Counted from the stretch's first letter, positions 1-9,360 are shown. The stretch: 64,000 bases of DNA from an uncultured Acidobacteriota bacterium (GCA_963780655.1 CAWACP010000007.1:247270-311269); one strand, 5' to 3'. Translations and numbers: made by a program. The notes: a model not told the origin generated them from the letters alone.

Positions 1-227
1 CGGCGAGCGCCCAGTATCCGAGCCGCGGCCCCGGGTGTCAGCGCAGCCAGCGCCGACCGAATCTTCGGCCCGAAACCGAGCCGTTTGAGCCGCGCCAGGA
101 ACTTACGTTCCAGAGCGTCGGCCTGGGGGAGGAGAGAAACTGCAAGTTGTTGCAGGTGAACGCGTAACTGATCGCTGAGTACATCTGCCGCATCGGCCAG
201 CTCAGGAGAGATTTCGTTAATCTGCAC
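1..227 (-). CDS. N-terminal fragment of an unidentified protein (gene continues beyond window start)
   Basis: Own minus-strand translation: GTG at 227-225, then VQINEISPELADAADVLSDQLRVHLQQLAVSLLPQADALERKFLARLKRLGFGPKIRSALAALTPGAAARILGA, open to base 1. In-frame TAA upstream at 263-261. No domain recognised. Confidence 0.3.
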   Translation of the reverse strand, partial: MQINEISPELADAADVLSDQLRVHLQQLAVSLLPQADALERKFLARLKRLGFGPKIRSALAALTPGAAARILGAR

Positions 228-357
228 CTGGAAGGTATATCGGCTTCCAGGGTGAATACTTTAGTTGGGGTTCGACACCACCGCGAGCAGGCGGTACCGG
301 GACTTTCGCACTAAGTCAGGGGTTGACCCTGGAACGAAAGTTCAATAGATTGTTGAC

Positions 358-654
358 GTGACCGAGCAACGAAAAGCCATCCGATTCAACCTGACGCTGC
401 CCTTCCAACTGTTTCGCACCGGGGCCGAGCCAAGCGTTACCGAAACCCTCAACCTCAGTTCCAATGGGGTCCTCTTCGGGACGAACATGGACATGCCGGT
501 TGGCGAGCCGATCGAATACGTGATCACGCTGCCCACGGCCCCGGAAGGCAGTGGCAGGCCGGTGCGGCTCCGTTGCCACGGGAAGGTGGTGCGCCGCGAC
601 GACGAGCGCGCCCTCGCGGCCACGCTCGACCGTTACGAGTTCGTGCGCGCCTGA
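358..654 (+). CDS. PilZ domain protein (c-di-GMP binding type)
   Basis: 98 aa. RxxxR motif (RKAIR) near the N-terminus and [D/N]xSxxG motif (NLSSNG). Confidence 0.7.
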   Translation: MTEQRKAIRFNLTLPFQLFRTGAEPSVTETLNLSSNGVLFGTNMDMPVGEPIEYVITLPTAPEGSGRPVRLRCHGKVVRRDDERALAATLDRYEFVRA

Positions 655-673
655 CCCTGTATTACGCCTCCCC

Positions 674-757
674 GTGGGGCAGACGATCGGGTTTTGTCGT
701 CCGCCCATGCCCGGGCACTCGAACAGGCAGACGACATAAACCGATCGTCTGCCCCAC
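674..757. repeat. 84-bp nested palindromic (double-hairpin) repeat, copy A
   Basis: gtggggcagacgatcgggttttgtcgtccgcc ... ggcagacgacataaaccgatcgtctgccccac. The arms are inverted repeats of each other, and each arm is itself a hairpin. Lies between convergent stops at 654 and 764. Related copies at 15877, 17820 and 54805. Confidence 0.9.
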
Positions 758-763
758 ACTGCG

Positions 764-3118
764 CTAATCCGAGGTCAGCGCTTCCAGCATACGCACCGCC
801 GATTCCTTTCCCCGTTCGCCCACCTCACCGATCGGACCCGCGCACGCCGGGCATCCGGCCTCGCATCCGCACCCCCGCAATAGCTCCACCGCTCCTTTCA
901 GCAGCTCGCCGCGGATGCGAAACAGCGGCGCGCTCTGTCCGATGCCGCCCGGATAATTGTCATACAGGAACAGATCCGGCTCCCAGGCCTGCCCAGGCTG
1001 CGACGAATCGTCCGTAATGGCCAGGCCCAGATCGCGCGGATCGCACATCAGCAGCAGCGCCGCCACGGTGCGCAGCACGTTGCCCATGCCGGTGAGGCCG
1101 TTCTGCTTTTCCGTTGGCGACAAATCCGGGAACTGCTGCAGGAACGCCTCCGGAAAGTGCAGCCAGAAAGCCGTTGTGTGCATCTCGCGCTCGGGCATGG
1201 AGAGGTTCCCCGCCCCGACGTTCTCGAGCGTGTAGAAGCGCACCTTCTTGAACCCGACAATCTGCGTGTTCACGCGAACATCGCCGTGCGCCGCCGCCGC
1301 GCCGGTCAGCGCAGCCGATTCGAACTCGTCCAGCTCGCGTACTTCCGTGTAATCGATGGCATCTGTGAAGTAATCGGAATCCACCGAGCGCACGTACGCT
1401 TTGCGGCCATCGTAATCGAAACGCTCCACCTGGTACTGGCGCGCTTCGTGCAGATAGATCGCCTTCTCATGCAGGGTCGGCAGCGCGGCGGTGAACGACA
1501 CCTCGCCGATGATCTTGTGATCGCCGGTGATGTCCACCACCACGAAGTTGTCGCTCGAAACGCTGCGCAGGCTGACAGCGTCGGCCGGATACGTGTCCGA
1601 CGTCCAGTGCCAGCATCCGCCCGCATGGTGCAGCAGGCCGGCATCCTCGTCCAGAAACCGGCAGAGCTCGTCCACGTCGTGCGGCCCGAACTTCTCGCCA
1701 TCGCGGATGGGCAGCTCGAAGGCCGCGCACTTCAGGTGATTCAGAAGGATCTCGAGGTTATCCGGGTTGATGCAGGCGTGCTCGGGAGAGCCTTCGAAGA
1801 AATACTCCGGATGCTCCACCACATACTGGTCCACCGGCGCGCTGGAGGCGACGAACACGGCGATCGACGGCGTCTGACGGCGGCCCGCTCTTCCCGCGCG
1901 CTGCCAGGTGGAAGCGATGCTGCCGGGATAGCCGGCCATCACCACCGCGTCCAGCGAGCCGATGTCGATGCCCAGCTCGAGCGCATTGGTGGCAACCACG
2001 GCGCGAATGTCGCCATCGCGCAACCGGCGTTCAATCTCACGGCGCTCGCGCGGCAGATAACCGCCGCGATAGCCACGCACCATATCGCCGGGCAGCGGCC
2101 CGCGCTCGCAGGAATCGCGCAGGTAGGTGAGCAGGATCTCGGTGGCCAGCCGGTTATTCGCGAACACCAGCGTCTGCTGCCGCCGTTCGATGAACTCCAC
2201 CGCAATGCGACGCGTCTCATGCAGATAACTGCGGCGGATGCCGAGTTGCCGGTTCACCACCGGCGGATTGTAGAACACGAAATATTTCTCGCCGCTCGGC
2301 GCGCCGTTATTGTCCACCAGCTCGAAGGGCAGGCCGGTGAGCGACTCGGCCAGCTCACGCGGGTTCGCAATCGTGGCCGAGCAGCAGATGAACTGCGGCG
2401 GCGATCCATAGAACTCGCAAATGCGTTTCACCCGCCGCAGCAGATTTGCCAGGTGGCTGCCGTACACGCCGCGATAGTAGTGCAGCTCGTCGACCACGAT
2501 GTACCGCAGGTTCTCGAACGCCTTCGCCCATTTCGTGTGGTGTGGCAGGATGCCTGAGTGCAGCATGTCCGGGTTGGTGAGGACAATATTGGCGCGCTCG
2601 CGAATGGCCCGCCGCGCATCCTGCGGCGTGTCGCCATCGTAAGTGAAGGCCCGAATGTCCGACCCCGCGGCGTCGAGCGATGCCTGCAGTTCGTGCAACT
2701 GATCCTCGGCCAGCGCCTTGGTGGGGAACAGGTACATGGCGCGCGCCTGCGGATCGCGCGCGAGTGCTTCGAGAACCGGCAGGTTGTAGCACAGTGTCTT
2801 GCCGCTCGCGGTCGGCGTGACCACCACGATGTTCTTTCCCGAGACGCTCAGACGAAACGCATCGGCCTGGTGCGTGTAGAGCAGCGGGATTCCGCGCGCG
2901 TCCAGCATGGCTCGAACCGCCGGGTGAGCCTCAGCGGGAATTTCGGCGTATCGGCCTGGCTGTGCCGGTTGATGGCGTATGGCGCGGATGGGCGAATCAG
3001 GCGCGCTCATCCACTGCTTGAAGCGAGCCACCGATGCCTCGAGACCGCCGCACGGGGCAATTTCATTGAAACTGAGCGAGAGATTCACTTTCGCCTCTTT
3101 TTCGCCATTAGACCACAA
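764..3118 (-). CDS. DEAD/DEAH-box ATP-dependent helicase with C-terminal Zn-binding DUF1998 domain (MrfA/YprA-like)
   Basis: 784 aa. Motif I TPTASGKT, motif II VVDELH, helicase C domain, C-terminal Cys cluster GCGCEAGCPACAGP typical of the MrfA Zn domain. Confidence 0.85.
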   Translation of the reverse strand: MWSNGEKEAKVNLSLSFNEIAPCGGLEASVARFKQWMSAPDSPIRAIRHQPAQPGRYAEIPAEAHPAVRAMLDARGIPLLYTHQADAFRLSVSGKNIVVVTPTASGKTLCYNLPVLEALARDPQARAMYLFPTKALAEDQLHELQASLDAAGSDIRAFTYDGDTPQDARRAIRERANIVLTNPDMLHSGILPHHTKWAKAFENLRYIVVDELHYYRGVYGSHLANLLRRVKRICEFYGSPPQFICCSATIANPRELAESLTGLPFELVDNNGAPSGEKYFVFYNPPVVNRQLGIRRSYLHETRRIAVEFIERRQQTLVFANNRLATEILLTYLRDSCERGPLPGDMVRGYRGGYLPRERREIERRLRDGDIRAVVATNALELGIDIGSLDAVVMAGYPGSIASTWQRAGRAGRRQTPSIAVFVASSAPVDQYVVEHPEYFFEGSPEHACINPDNLEILLNHLKCAAFELPIRDGEKFGPHDVDELCRFLDEDAGLLHHAGGCWHWTSDTYPADAVSLRSVSSDNFVVVDITGDHKIIGEVSFTAALPTLHEKAIYLHEARQYQVERFDYDGRKAYVRSVDSDYFTDAIDYTEVRELDEFESAALTGAAAAHGDVRVNTQIVGFKKVRFYTLENVGAGNLSMPEREMHTTAFWLHFPEAFLQQFPDLSPTEKQNGLTGMGNVLRTVAALLLMCDPRDLGLAITDDSSQPGQAWEPDLFLYDNYPGGIGQSAPLFRIRGELLKGAVELLRGCGCEAGCPACAGPIGEVGERGKESAVRMLEALTSD

Positions 3119-3363
3119 TCCGGCGGCCTGTGCACCTCGTTTTACTGAATAGCGGGAACCGGGAGGGGTCGCCGCTCATCATTAACGGCAGAGATGTTCA
3201 TTTTGCTTCAGGACGTGGGTTCCGTAGCTGGCTCGCCTGCTCAGGCCGGTTTCGTGCTCGGCCTCGTCACGGGCGCGATCGTGTGGATCCGCCGCCGGTA
3301 CCATCGATAAGCGCCTGCGCTGGCCGCGTTCGTGTTCTTAACTGGTGAGCTACACTCGGTTGC

Positions 3364-3644
3364 GTGACGTTCGAGTCGGACCGTCGAAAAGCTGCGGCGA
3401 ATCTGAAAAGCACGGCATCGATTTCGAGGAGGCAGGGACCGTTTTCCTCGATCCGCTCGCGATCACTTTTCCAGATCCCGACTATTCGGCAGAGGAACGC
3501 CGTGAGATCATGATCGGCTTTACAATGAGAACGCGTCTTGTGTTCGTTTCCCATTGCGAACGGCGCAACAGGACTCGGATCTTCAGCGCACGCCGCGCCA
3601 CGCGGAAGGAACGACAACAATATGAGGAAGAAATCGGCAACTAA
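3364..3644 (+). pseudogene. brnT: BrnT-type (DUF497) ribonuclease toxin, apparently frameshifted
   Basis: Frame from GTG 3364 reads VTFESDRRKAAANLK. The rest of the family consensus (KHGIDFEEAGTVFLDPLAITFPDPDYS...) continues in another frame (track ORF 3345..3644). The frames join if one A is added to the A4 run at 3406-3409. Confidence 0.6.
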
Positions 3645-3900
3645 GCGCGGTGACGATCTGCGAAAAGAGTACGACCTCTCATAATTGAGCGGCGGCGTGC
3701 GTGGAAAGTACCACCGCCGCGCAACCGCCGGGACGAACCTGGTTCTCGTCGATGCGGATCTGGCGAGCCTGTTCCCAAACAGCGAGTCGGTTAACCGAGC
3801 GCTCCGAGTGCTTGCCGATGCCTCACGAACGGCAACATCGGCCAAACGGCGCAACAGCTCCAGCGCCATTGACAACCGTGGTAAGGTAGCTGATAGATGA
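3622..3900 (+). pseudogene. brnA: BrnA-like antitoxin interrupted by an in-frame TAA
   Basis: ATG 3622 overlaps the brnT end. Reads MRKKSATKRGDDLRKEYDLS, then TAA at 3682-3684, then in the same frame LSGGVRGKYHRRATAGTNLVLVDADLASLFPNSESVNRALRVL (track ORF 3685..3900). Confidence 0.55.
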
Positions 3901-4121
3901 AACGGAAGCCGCCAGCGGCGTCTGAGCGCGTGATCGACAAACGGATCCTCGAGCAGGCGACCAGCTCTCTCGAGACCGACACCCTGCAACGCACAGCGAA
4001 ATGCACCGTGTGCGGATCGGCTTGCTCGCCCAATTCGGCCGAAGGGCTGTGCTGGGTTTGCCGCCGGCTGAAGATCAGCGCCTGGCGCGACTCCGATCAG
4101 CAGGCCTCCGTTCAGGAATAG
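3897..4121 (+). CDS. small hypothetical zinc-ribbon protein
   Basis: 74 aa. CxxC-x11-CxxC (CTVCGSACSPNSAEGLCWVC). GC-rich third codon positions. ATGA overlap with the preceding ORF. Confidence 0.4.
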   Translation: MKRKPPAASERVIDKRILEQATSSLETDTLQRTAKCTVCGSACSPNSAEGLCWVCRRLKISAWRDSDQQASVQE

Positions 4122-4124
4122 TTT

Positions 4125-5033
4125 TTACCCGCCCAGCGGTCGACCGATTCCTCGTTCCAAAGCCTTCTCATACACAAAGCTGCCCGCCGCCACATCTTCC
4201 ATCCCCAGACCGACCGATTTGAAAATCGTGATCCTTTGCGTATCCCAGCCGCGCTCGATGTTCTGAAGCTCCACGACATTCTCCCACGCATCGGCCATGA
4301 TGATGTCGCCCGCCTCGTTCTTCGCCGCGTCCAGAGCGTCGACGGCGATCAGTCCGGCGCGATGGACCAGCTCGGCAGGCAATTCACGCCGGTTCACCGT
4401 GTTCGAACCCATGGCGTTGATGTGCACCCCCGGCTCGATCCACCCATCCTCAATCACCGGATCCTTTGAGTAAGTGGCAGTGACGACGATCTGGGCTCCG
4501 CGCACAGCTTCCTCGGCCGTGGCGGCTGCGGTGGCGTTCATCTCGGCGGCGAATGCCTCACGCTTCTCCTGATGCCGGCTCCACACGCGGACCGTTTTGA
4601 TGGACCGCACTTCGCGGATTGCTTCCACCTGGGAGCGCGCCTGAAAGCCGCTGCCAATGACGCCGACGGTATCGGCAGCGGGGTTGGCCAGAAGATCCGT
4701 GGCATAGCCGCTGGCAGCGCCCGTGCGGAGCTGGCCCAGCGCGTTCGCCTCCATCAACGCCAGCGGCTTCGCGGTTTCGGAATCGTAGAGCGAAAACAGG
4801 AAATGCACGCCATACTTCGGATTCGAGGCATAGAACTTCATGCCGAAGTAGTTGCCGAACGCTCCCGGAACCTGATGCAGGATGGAGCCCGTTTTCAATA
4901 TGAGCCGGCGGCGTGGCTGGCTCTGCGCTTCGCCTCGTTTCGCTGCGTCGAAGGCCAGGCGCATCATGCGAATCGCCTCGTTCATTGGGAGGAGACCGCG
5001 CACTTCCGCTTCAGTCAGAAAGAGCATACCCAA
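4125..5033 (-). CDS. ornithine cyclodeaminase / mu-crystallin family protein
   Basis: 302 aa. Family-typical N-terminus (LFLTEAEVRGLL...), Rossmann motif VIGSGFQARSQVEA, and the family's usual length. Confidence 0.7.
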   Translation of the reverse strand: MGMLFLTEAEVRGLLPMNEAIRMMRLAFDAAKRGEAQSQPRRRLILKTGSILHQVPGAFGNYFGMKFYASNPKYGVHFLFSLYDSETAKPLALMEANALGQLRTGAASGYATDLLANPAADTVGVIGSGFQARSQVEAIREVRSIKTVRVWSRHQEKREAFAAEMNATAAATAEEAVRGAQIVVTATYSKDPVIEDGWIEPGVHINAMGSNTVNRRELPAELVHRAGLIAVDALDAAKNEAGDIIMADAWENVVELQNIERGWDTQRITIFKSVGLGMEDVAAGSFVYEKALERGIGRPLGG

Positions 5034-5055
5034 TGCCGGCTGAAAGCCTGCTCTG

Positions 5056-7740
5056 TTACGTGGTTACCGGATCGGGGCTCTCGGGATTCAGGCCGAGTTC
5101 CGCGACGGCTTGCGCTGCCTTCACCTTGTCGAACACGCCATCGCTCGCCAGCGCCGATAATGCCGCCGAAGCGATCGCATTGGCCGAAATCTCGAAATGG
5201 TTCCGCAGGTATTCGCGGTTGTCGCTGCGTCCGAAGCCGTCGGTACCGAGCGAAGTCAGGCGGCCGGGCAGCCACGGCGCAAGCTGATCGGGCACCAGCT
5301 TCATATAGTCGGTGGCGGCCACGATCGGCCCGTCATGCCCGGCAAGCGCATCCTGGATGTACGGCTGACGCGGCGTCTCGGTCGGGTGCAGCCTGTTCCA
5401 GCGGTCCACTTCCAGCGCGTCGCGGCGGAGCTCGTTGTAGCTGGTGACGCTCCACACGTCGGCGCGCACCCCGTACTTCTCCGCCAGAATCTGCTGGGCC
5501 TGTAACGCCTCGTTCAGAATTGGACCGCTGCCGAAGAGTTGTACCTGAGCCGGTCCGCCTTCAGCGGCGCGGAAACGATAGATGCCCCGAAGCACGCCCT
5601 CGGCGGCGCCTTCCGCCATGGGCGGCTGTGCGTAGTTCTCGTTGTAGACCGTGATGTAGTAGAAGCGGTCCTCGTTGTTCTCGTACATGCGGCGGATGCC
5701 GTCGCGCACGATCACCGCAATCTCGTAGGCGTACGCCGGGTCGTAGCTGTGGCACGTGGGAACGGTGGAGGCCAGAACCTGGCTGTGCCCGTCCTGATGC
5801 TGCAGTCCCTCACCCGACAGCGTGGTGCGTCCGGCCGTTCCGCCCACCAGGAATCCTTTGCCGCGCGAGTCGGCAAACGCCCAGATCAGGTCGCCGATGC
5901 GCTGGAATCCGAACATCGAATAGTAGATGAAGAAAGGAATCATGGGCACGCCGTAGTTGGCGTACGACGTCCCGGCGGCCGTGAAGGAACACATGGAGCC
6001 GGCCTCGGTGATGCCCTCTTCCAGAATCTGGCCGTTCCGCGCTTCCTTGTAGTACAGGAAAATGTCGCTGTCCACCGGCTTGTAGAGCTGGCCCTTGGCC
6101 GCATAGATGCCGAACTGCCGGAACAGCGATTCCATGCCGAAGGTGCGCGCCTCATCGGGGATGATTGGCACGATGTACTTGCCGAGCGCCGAGTCCTTCA
6201 GCAGCATGGTGATGATGCGGACCACCGCCATGGTGCTCGAAACCTCGCGCCCCTGTGACCCGCCGTACTGCTCTTCGAAGAACTCCACTGGCGGCGCCTT
6301 GAGCTCGATCGGCTTCGGACTGCGCGCGGGCAGGCTGCCGCCGAGCGCTTCCCGGCGTTCCTTCATGTACTTCATTTCCGGACTGTCGTCCGGCGGCCGG
6401 TAGAAGGAAACCGTCAGGACGTTCTCCTCGGGCACGGGGATATCGAACCGCTGCCGCACGTAGCGCAGCTCGTCCTCATTCAGCTTCTTCTGCTGATGCG
6501 TGACGTTGCGGCCTTCGCCGGCTTCGCCCATGCCGTAGCCTTTGATGGTCTTCGCGAGGATCACCGTGGGCGAGCCCTTGTGAGCGATGGCCCGCTGGTA
6601 AGCGTTGAACACCTTCACCGGATCGTGGCCGCCGCGGCGCAGCGCGCCGATCTGCTCGTCGGACAAATGCTCCACCATGCGCGCCAGCTCGGGATACTTG
6701 CCGAAGAACTCGCGCCGGGTGTACGCGCCTCCTTTGGCCGCGTAGTTCTGGAACTCGCCGTCCACGCATTCTTCCATGCGCTTCATGAGCACGCCGCTGT
6801 AATCGGCGGCGAGCAGCGGATCCCAGTCGGCGCCCCAGATGACTTTGATCACGTACCAGCCCGCGCCGCGGAACGCCGCCTCCAGTTCCTGGATGATGCG
6901 GCCATTGCCGCGCACCGGACCGTCCAGCCGCTGGAGATTGCAGTTCACCACGAAGATCAGGTTGTCCAGAGATTCGCGCGAGGCCAGTGTGAGAGCGCCC
7001 AGCGTCTCCGGCTCATCGGTCTCGCCGTCGCCGAGGAACCCCCAGACGTGCCGCGGCGTGTGCGGCAGCATGCCGCGGTTTTCGAGATAGCGCATGAAGC
7101 GCGCCTGATAGATGGCGTTGATGGGACCGAGCCCCATCGAAACCGTGGGGAACTGCCAGAACGAGGGCAGCAGCCAGGGATGCGGATACGATGGCAGGCC
7201 AGGCTGGTCGCGCAATTCGTGGCGGAAGTTCTCGAGGTGCTTTTCCGACAGCCGGCCTTCCAGAAACGCCCGCGCGTACGGACCGGGCGACGAGTGGCCC
7301 TGGAAATAGACCAGGTCGCCGGGCTGGTCTCCATAGCTGCCGTGGAAGAAGTGGTTGTTGGCAACTTCGGTGAGCGTGGCGAGCGAAGCGTAACTGGAAA
7401 TGTGGCCGCCAATGCCGGGGTCGTACTTGTTCGCACGCACCACCATGGCCATGGCGTTCCAGCGAATCAGGCTCTTGATGCGCCGCTCCATCTCGCGGTC
7501 TCCCGGATAGGGCTCTTCGGCGTCGGCGGGGATCGTGTTGATATAAGGCGTGTTGACGCTGAGGGGAGCGGTTACGCCCCAGTTGGCCCCGCGTTCGAGC
7601 AACCGCTTCAGGAGGTACGAAGCGCGCTCAGGGCCTTCGTCCTCGACAATCTGTTCCAGCGCTTCCAGCCATTCGCCGGTCTCCTGGGGATTCGCATCTT
7701 CCAGGCTGTCATACGACGACGGGATATTGGTTTGCAGCAT
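5056..7740 (-). CDS. aceE: pyruvate dehydrogenase E1 component, homodimeric type
   Basis: 894 aa. N-terminal QETGEWLEALEQIV, GGHISSYAS, ThDP-binding GDGE...N region. Length matches AceE. Confidence 0.9.
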   Translation of the reverse strand: MLQTNIPSSYDSLEDANPQETGEWLEALEQIVEDEGPERASYLLKRLLERGANWGVTAPLSVNTPYINTIPADAEEPYPGDREMERRIKSLIRWNAMAMVVRANKYDPGIGGHISSYASLATLTEVANNHFFHGSYGDQPGDLVYFQGHSSPGPYARAFLEGRLSEKHLENFRHELRDQPGLPSYPHPWLLPSFWQFPTVSMGLGPINAIYQARFMRYLENRGMLPHTPRHVWGFLGDGETDEPETLGALTLASRESLDNLIFVVNCNLQRLDGPVRGNGRIIQELEAAFRGAGWYVIKVIWGADWDPLLAADYSGVLMKRMEECVDGEFQNYAAKGGAYTRREFFGKYPELARMVEHLSDEQIGALRRGGHDPVKVFNAYQRAIAHKGSPTVILAKTIKGYGMGEAGEGRNVTHQQKKLNEDELRYVRQRFDIPVPEENVLTVSFYRPPDDSPEMKYMKERREALGGSLPARSPKPIELKAPPVEFFEEQYGGSQGREVSSTMAVVRIITMLLKDSALGKYIVPIIPDEARTFGMESLFRQFGIYAAKGQLYKPVDSDIFLYYKEARNGQILEEGITEAGSMCSFTAAGTSYANYGVPMIPFFIYYSMFGFQRIGDLIWAFADSRGKGFLVGGTAGRTTLSGEGLQHQDGHSQVLASTVPTCHSYDPAYAYEIAVIVRDGIRRMYENNEDRFYYITVYNENYAQPPMAEGAAEGVLRGIYRFRAAEGGPAQVQLFGSGPILNEALQAQQILAEKYGVRADVWSVTSYNELRRDALEVDRWNRLHPTETPRQPYIQDALAGHDGPIVAATDYMKLVPDQLAPWLPGRLTSLGTDGFGRSDNREYLRNHFEISANAIASAALSALASDGVFDKVKAAQAVAELGLNPESPDPVTT

Positions 7741-7899
7741 CTTTCGAGGGTTCTCTCCACGACACTTCGCGCACGGCGGCAGCGGCGGCGGGGCCGCTTC
7801 CTGTGCGCTTCAGCAATACGGCCGGCTCCGAGTGAGAGAATCGGCCGTTAAAGTCCAGGATAGCATCCACGCCCCCTGCCCAGCTAACGCTCTGCCCGG

Positions 7900-8875
7900 C
7901 TATGCGGTTGCGAGTTGTTGCCGCACAAGGCTGCCGAACCCGGTTGGGGCGAAACGGGTGATCAGGAACGGGTCGTTAAACCAGCTCCACGCGGTCCATC
8001 CGATCCCGAGTTGCCCCATGTAAGCGAGAAGTTTGCCGACGAAGTCCAGACCTGCAGGCGTGTCTTCCTCACCGAACTCACCTGCGAAGACCGGAACCGT
8101 TTGCGCGAGATCGCCAAAAGCTTCCGCCCAGTTCGTTCCCTTGTTGGAATACACGTGCGATGAGTAAACGACGTTCGCAAGATCCATGGGCATTCCCCGC
8201 AGATCGTACGCCCAGTTGATGCCGGGAATGAAAACGAGCGAGTCCGGGTTCTCCGCGCGGATGGCGCTCGTCAGCTTTTGTGCCCAGGGCTGCCACTCCT
8301 GCATGGTCACCGAGCGCTGATCCGGCCGGGTACGTTGTCCCATCCTCTTTGTTGAGCGGATACGGATCGTCGCTGAGACGATCGTGCGGTTCGGTGAAGA
8401 TGTCGTACAGAACCGCGGGTTCATCTTTGTATCTGCGGGCCAGCAGCGTCCACAGATCGATCGATGCGGCGTTGGGCAGAGGAGCAACGAAGTTCCGGTT
8501 CCCTCCATAAATGCGGTCGGCATCGAGCCACTGGAGATCGAGCAGGGTGTACGAACCGAACATCGAGTTCCAGGCGATCACCTGATCGAGTGCGCTCTGA
8601 TACTCCTCACCGGAGCGGCCGCCCCGGCCATGCAACACAAAGTCCTGATTGAACGGAACGCGAACGATGTTGCAATGCCAGCCCTGAACGATACTCTGAA
8701 TCTCCGATCGGCAGATTGCCGCGCCCGACAAGAAGCCCTGTTCATCCGGATCGGAGTATTCAAGGCCCGAGCGATTCACGCCGCGGAGGATGACCGTTGC
8801 GCCGGAGGCAGCGTTGACAATGCGATTGCCGGCAGTCGCCAGCGGCGGGAGGCCATTCGACAGATTCCCATTCAT
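7900..8875 (-). pseudogene. glycoside hydrolase family 5 (cellulase-like), split by a frameshift
   Basis: Track ORF 8078..8875 carries the N-terminal half (RGVNRSG..., CNIVRVPF, YDIFTEPH acid/base region). Track ORF 7900..8523 carries the C-terminal half in another frame (VFAGEFG nucleophile region, GWTAWSW). The frames switch near 8315-8345. Confidence 0.7.
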
Positions 8876-9071
8876 AGCGAAGGTTGCCCTTTCACCAACA
8901 GTATCGATTCAGAGGCAGGCTGGCGGCAATCGGCGGCTGATCCAAATGCTGTTCACTTAAGCTGTATTGTTCCGGACCGCAGAGGCGTGGGGCAGGATTG
9001 TATCCTGCGGCCGATTTGCAATATTTGCAATCGGCCTGGCGGCTTGAAAAGCCGCCGCAGGCTGTAAGCCT

Positions 9072-9280
9072 AATGCCATATCGTTTTCGACGGCGAGCTG
9101 AGTCGAAGTCCCTTTTGTGGGGCAGGCCCCCCGGCCTGCGCGGGGCCCCCCGGCCCCGCTGGCCGCGCAGAGAGTAGCGTTGTCGCGTATGGGAGCAGGC
9201 CGGCGGGGGCGCCGGCCGCGGGCGAGGGCGCCCGCCCCACATCGGCCAGGTGTTCGAAAGCGGGAAAACTATATGGCATT
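9072..9280. mobile_element. 209-bp MITE-like element, copy 1
   Basis: Terminal inverted repeats aatgccatatcgttttc / gaaaactatatggcatt. Flanked by identical 11-bp direct repeats gctgtaagcct (9061-9071 and 9281-9291). Near-identical inverted copy at 29180-29388. Confidence 0.8.
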
Positions 9281-9360
9281 GCTGTAAGCCTGCCCCACTC
9301 CGAACACGAAGTTCAGCGCGCGATGCCGGGCTTCCGCCGTTCCTGATATCCTCACCGTCG

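Noticed and set aside
316-767. ORFs 316-759(-), 551-739(+) and 573-767(+) crossing the first palindromic repeat
   Set aside because: They read through a non-coding repeat. The same peptide fragments (GRRSVYVVC, RRHKPIVCPT) recur wherever the repeat occurs, and they overlap the PilZ gene.
1157-2557. 466-aa ORF on the plus strand opposite the helicase gene
   Set aside because: Arg/Ala/Gly-rich shadow ORF, typical of the antisense strand of a high-GC gene. The minus-strand product has clear helicase motifs.
3194-3310. 38-aa hydrophobic ORF (MFILLQDVGSVAGSPAQAGFVLGLVTGAIVWIRRRYHR) upstream of brnT
   Set aside because: It could be a small membrane peptide, but it has no SD, no conservation evidence, and is too short to support from sequence alone.
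6496-7851. 451-aa ORF antisense to aceE
   Set aside because: Same reasoning: low-complexity R/A/G/V-rich translation, and aceE on the other strand is unambiguous.
9070-9279. Identical 69-aa ORFs inside both MITE copies (also 29181-29390)
   Set aside because: Pro/Ala/Gly-rich low-complexity translation of a GC-rich palindromic core. Identity reflects DNA repeat identity. No start context or domain, so treated as non-coding.
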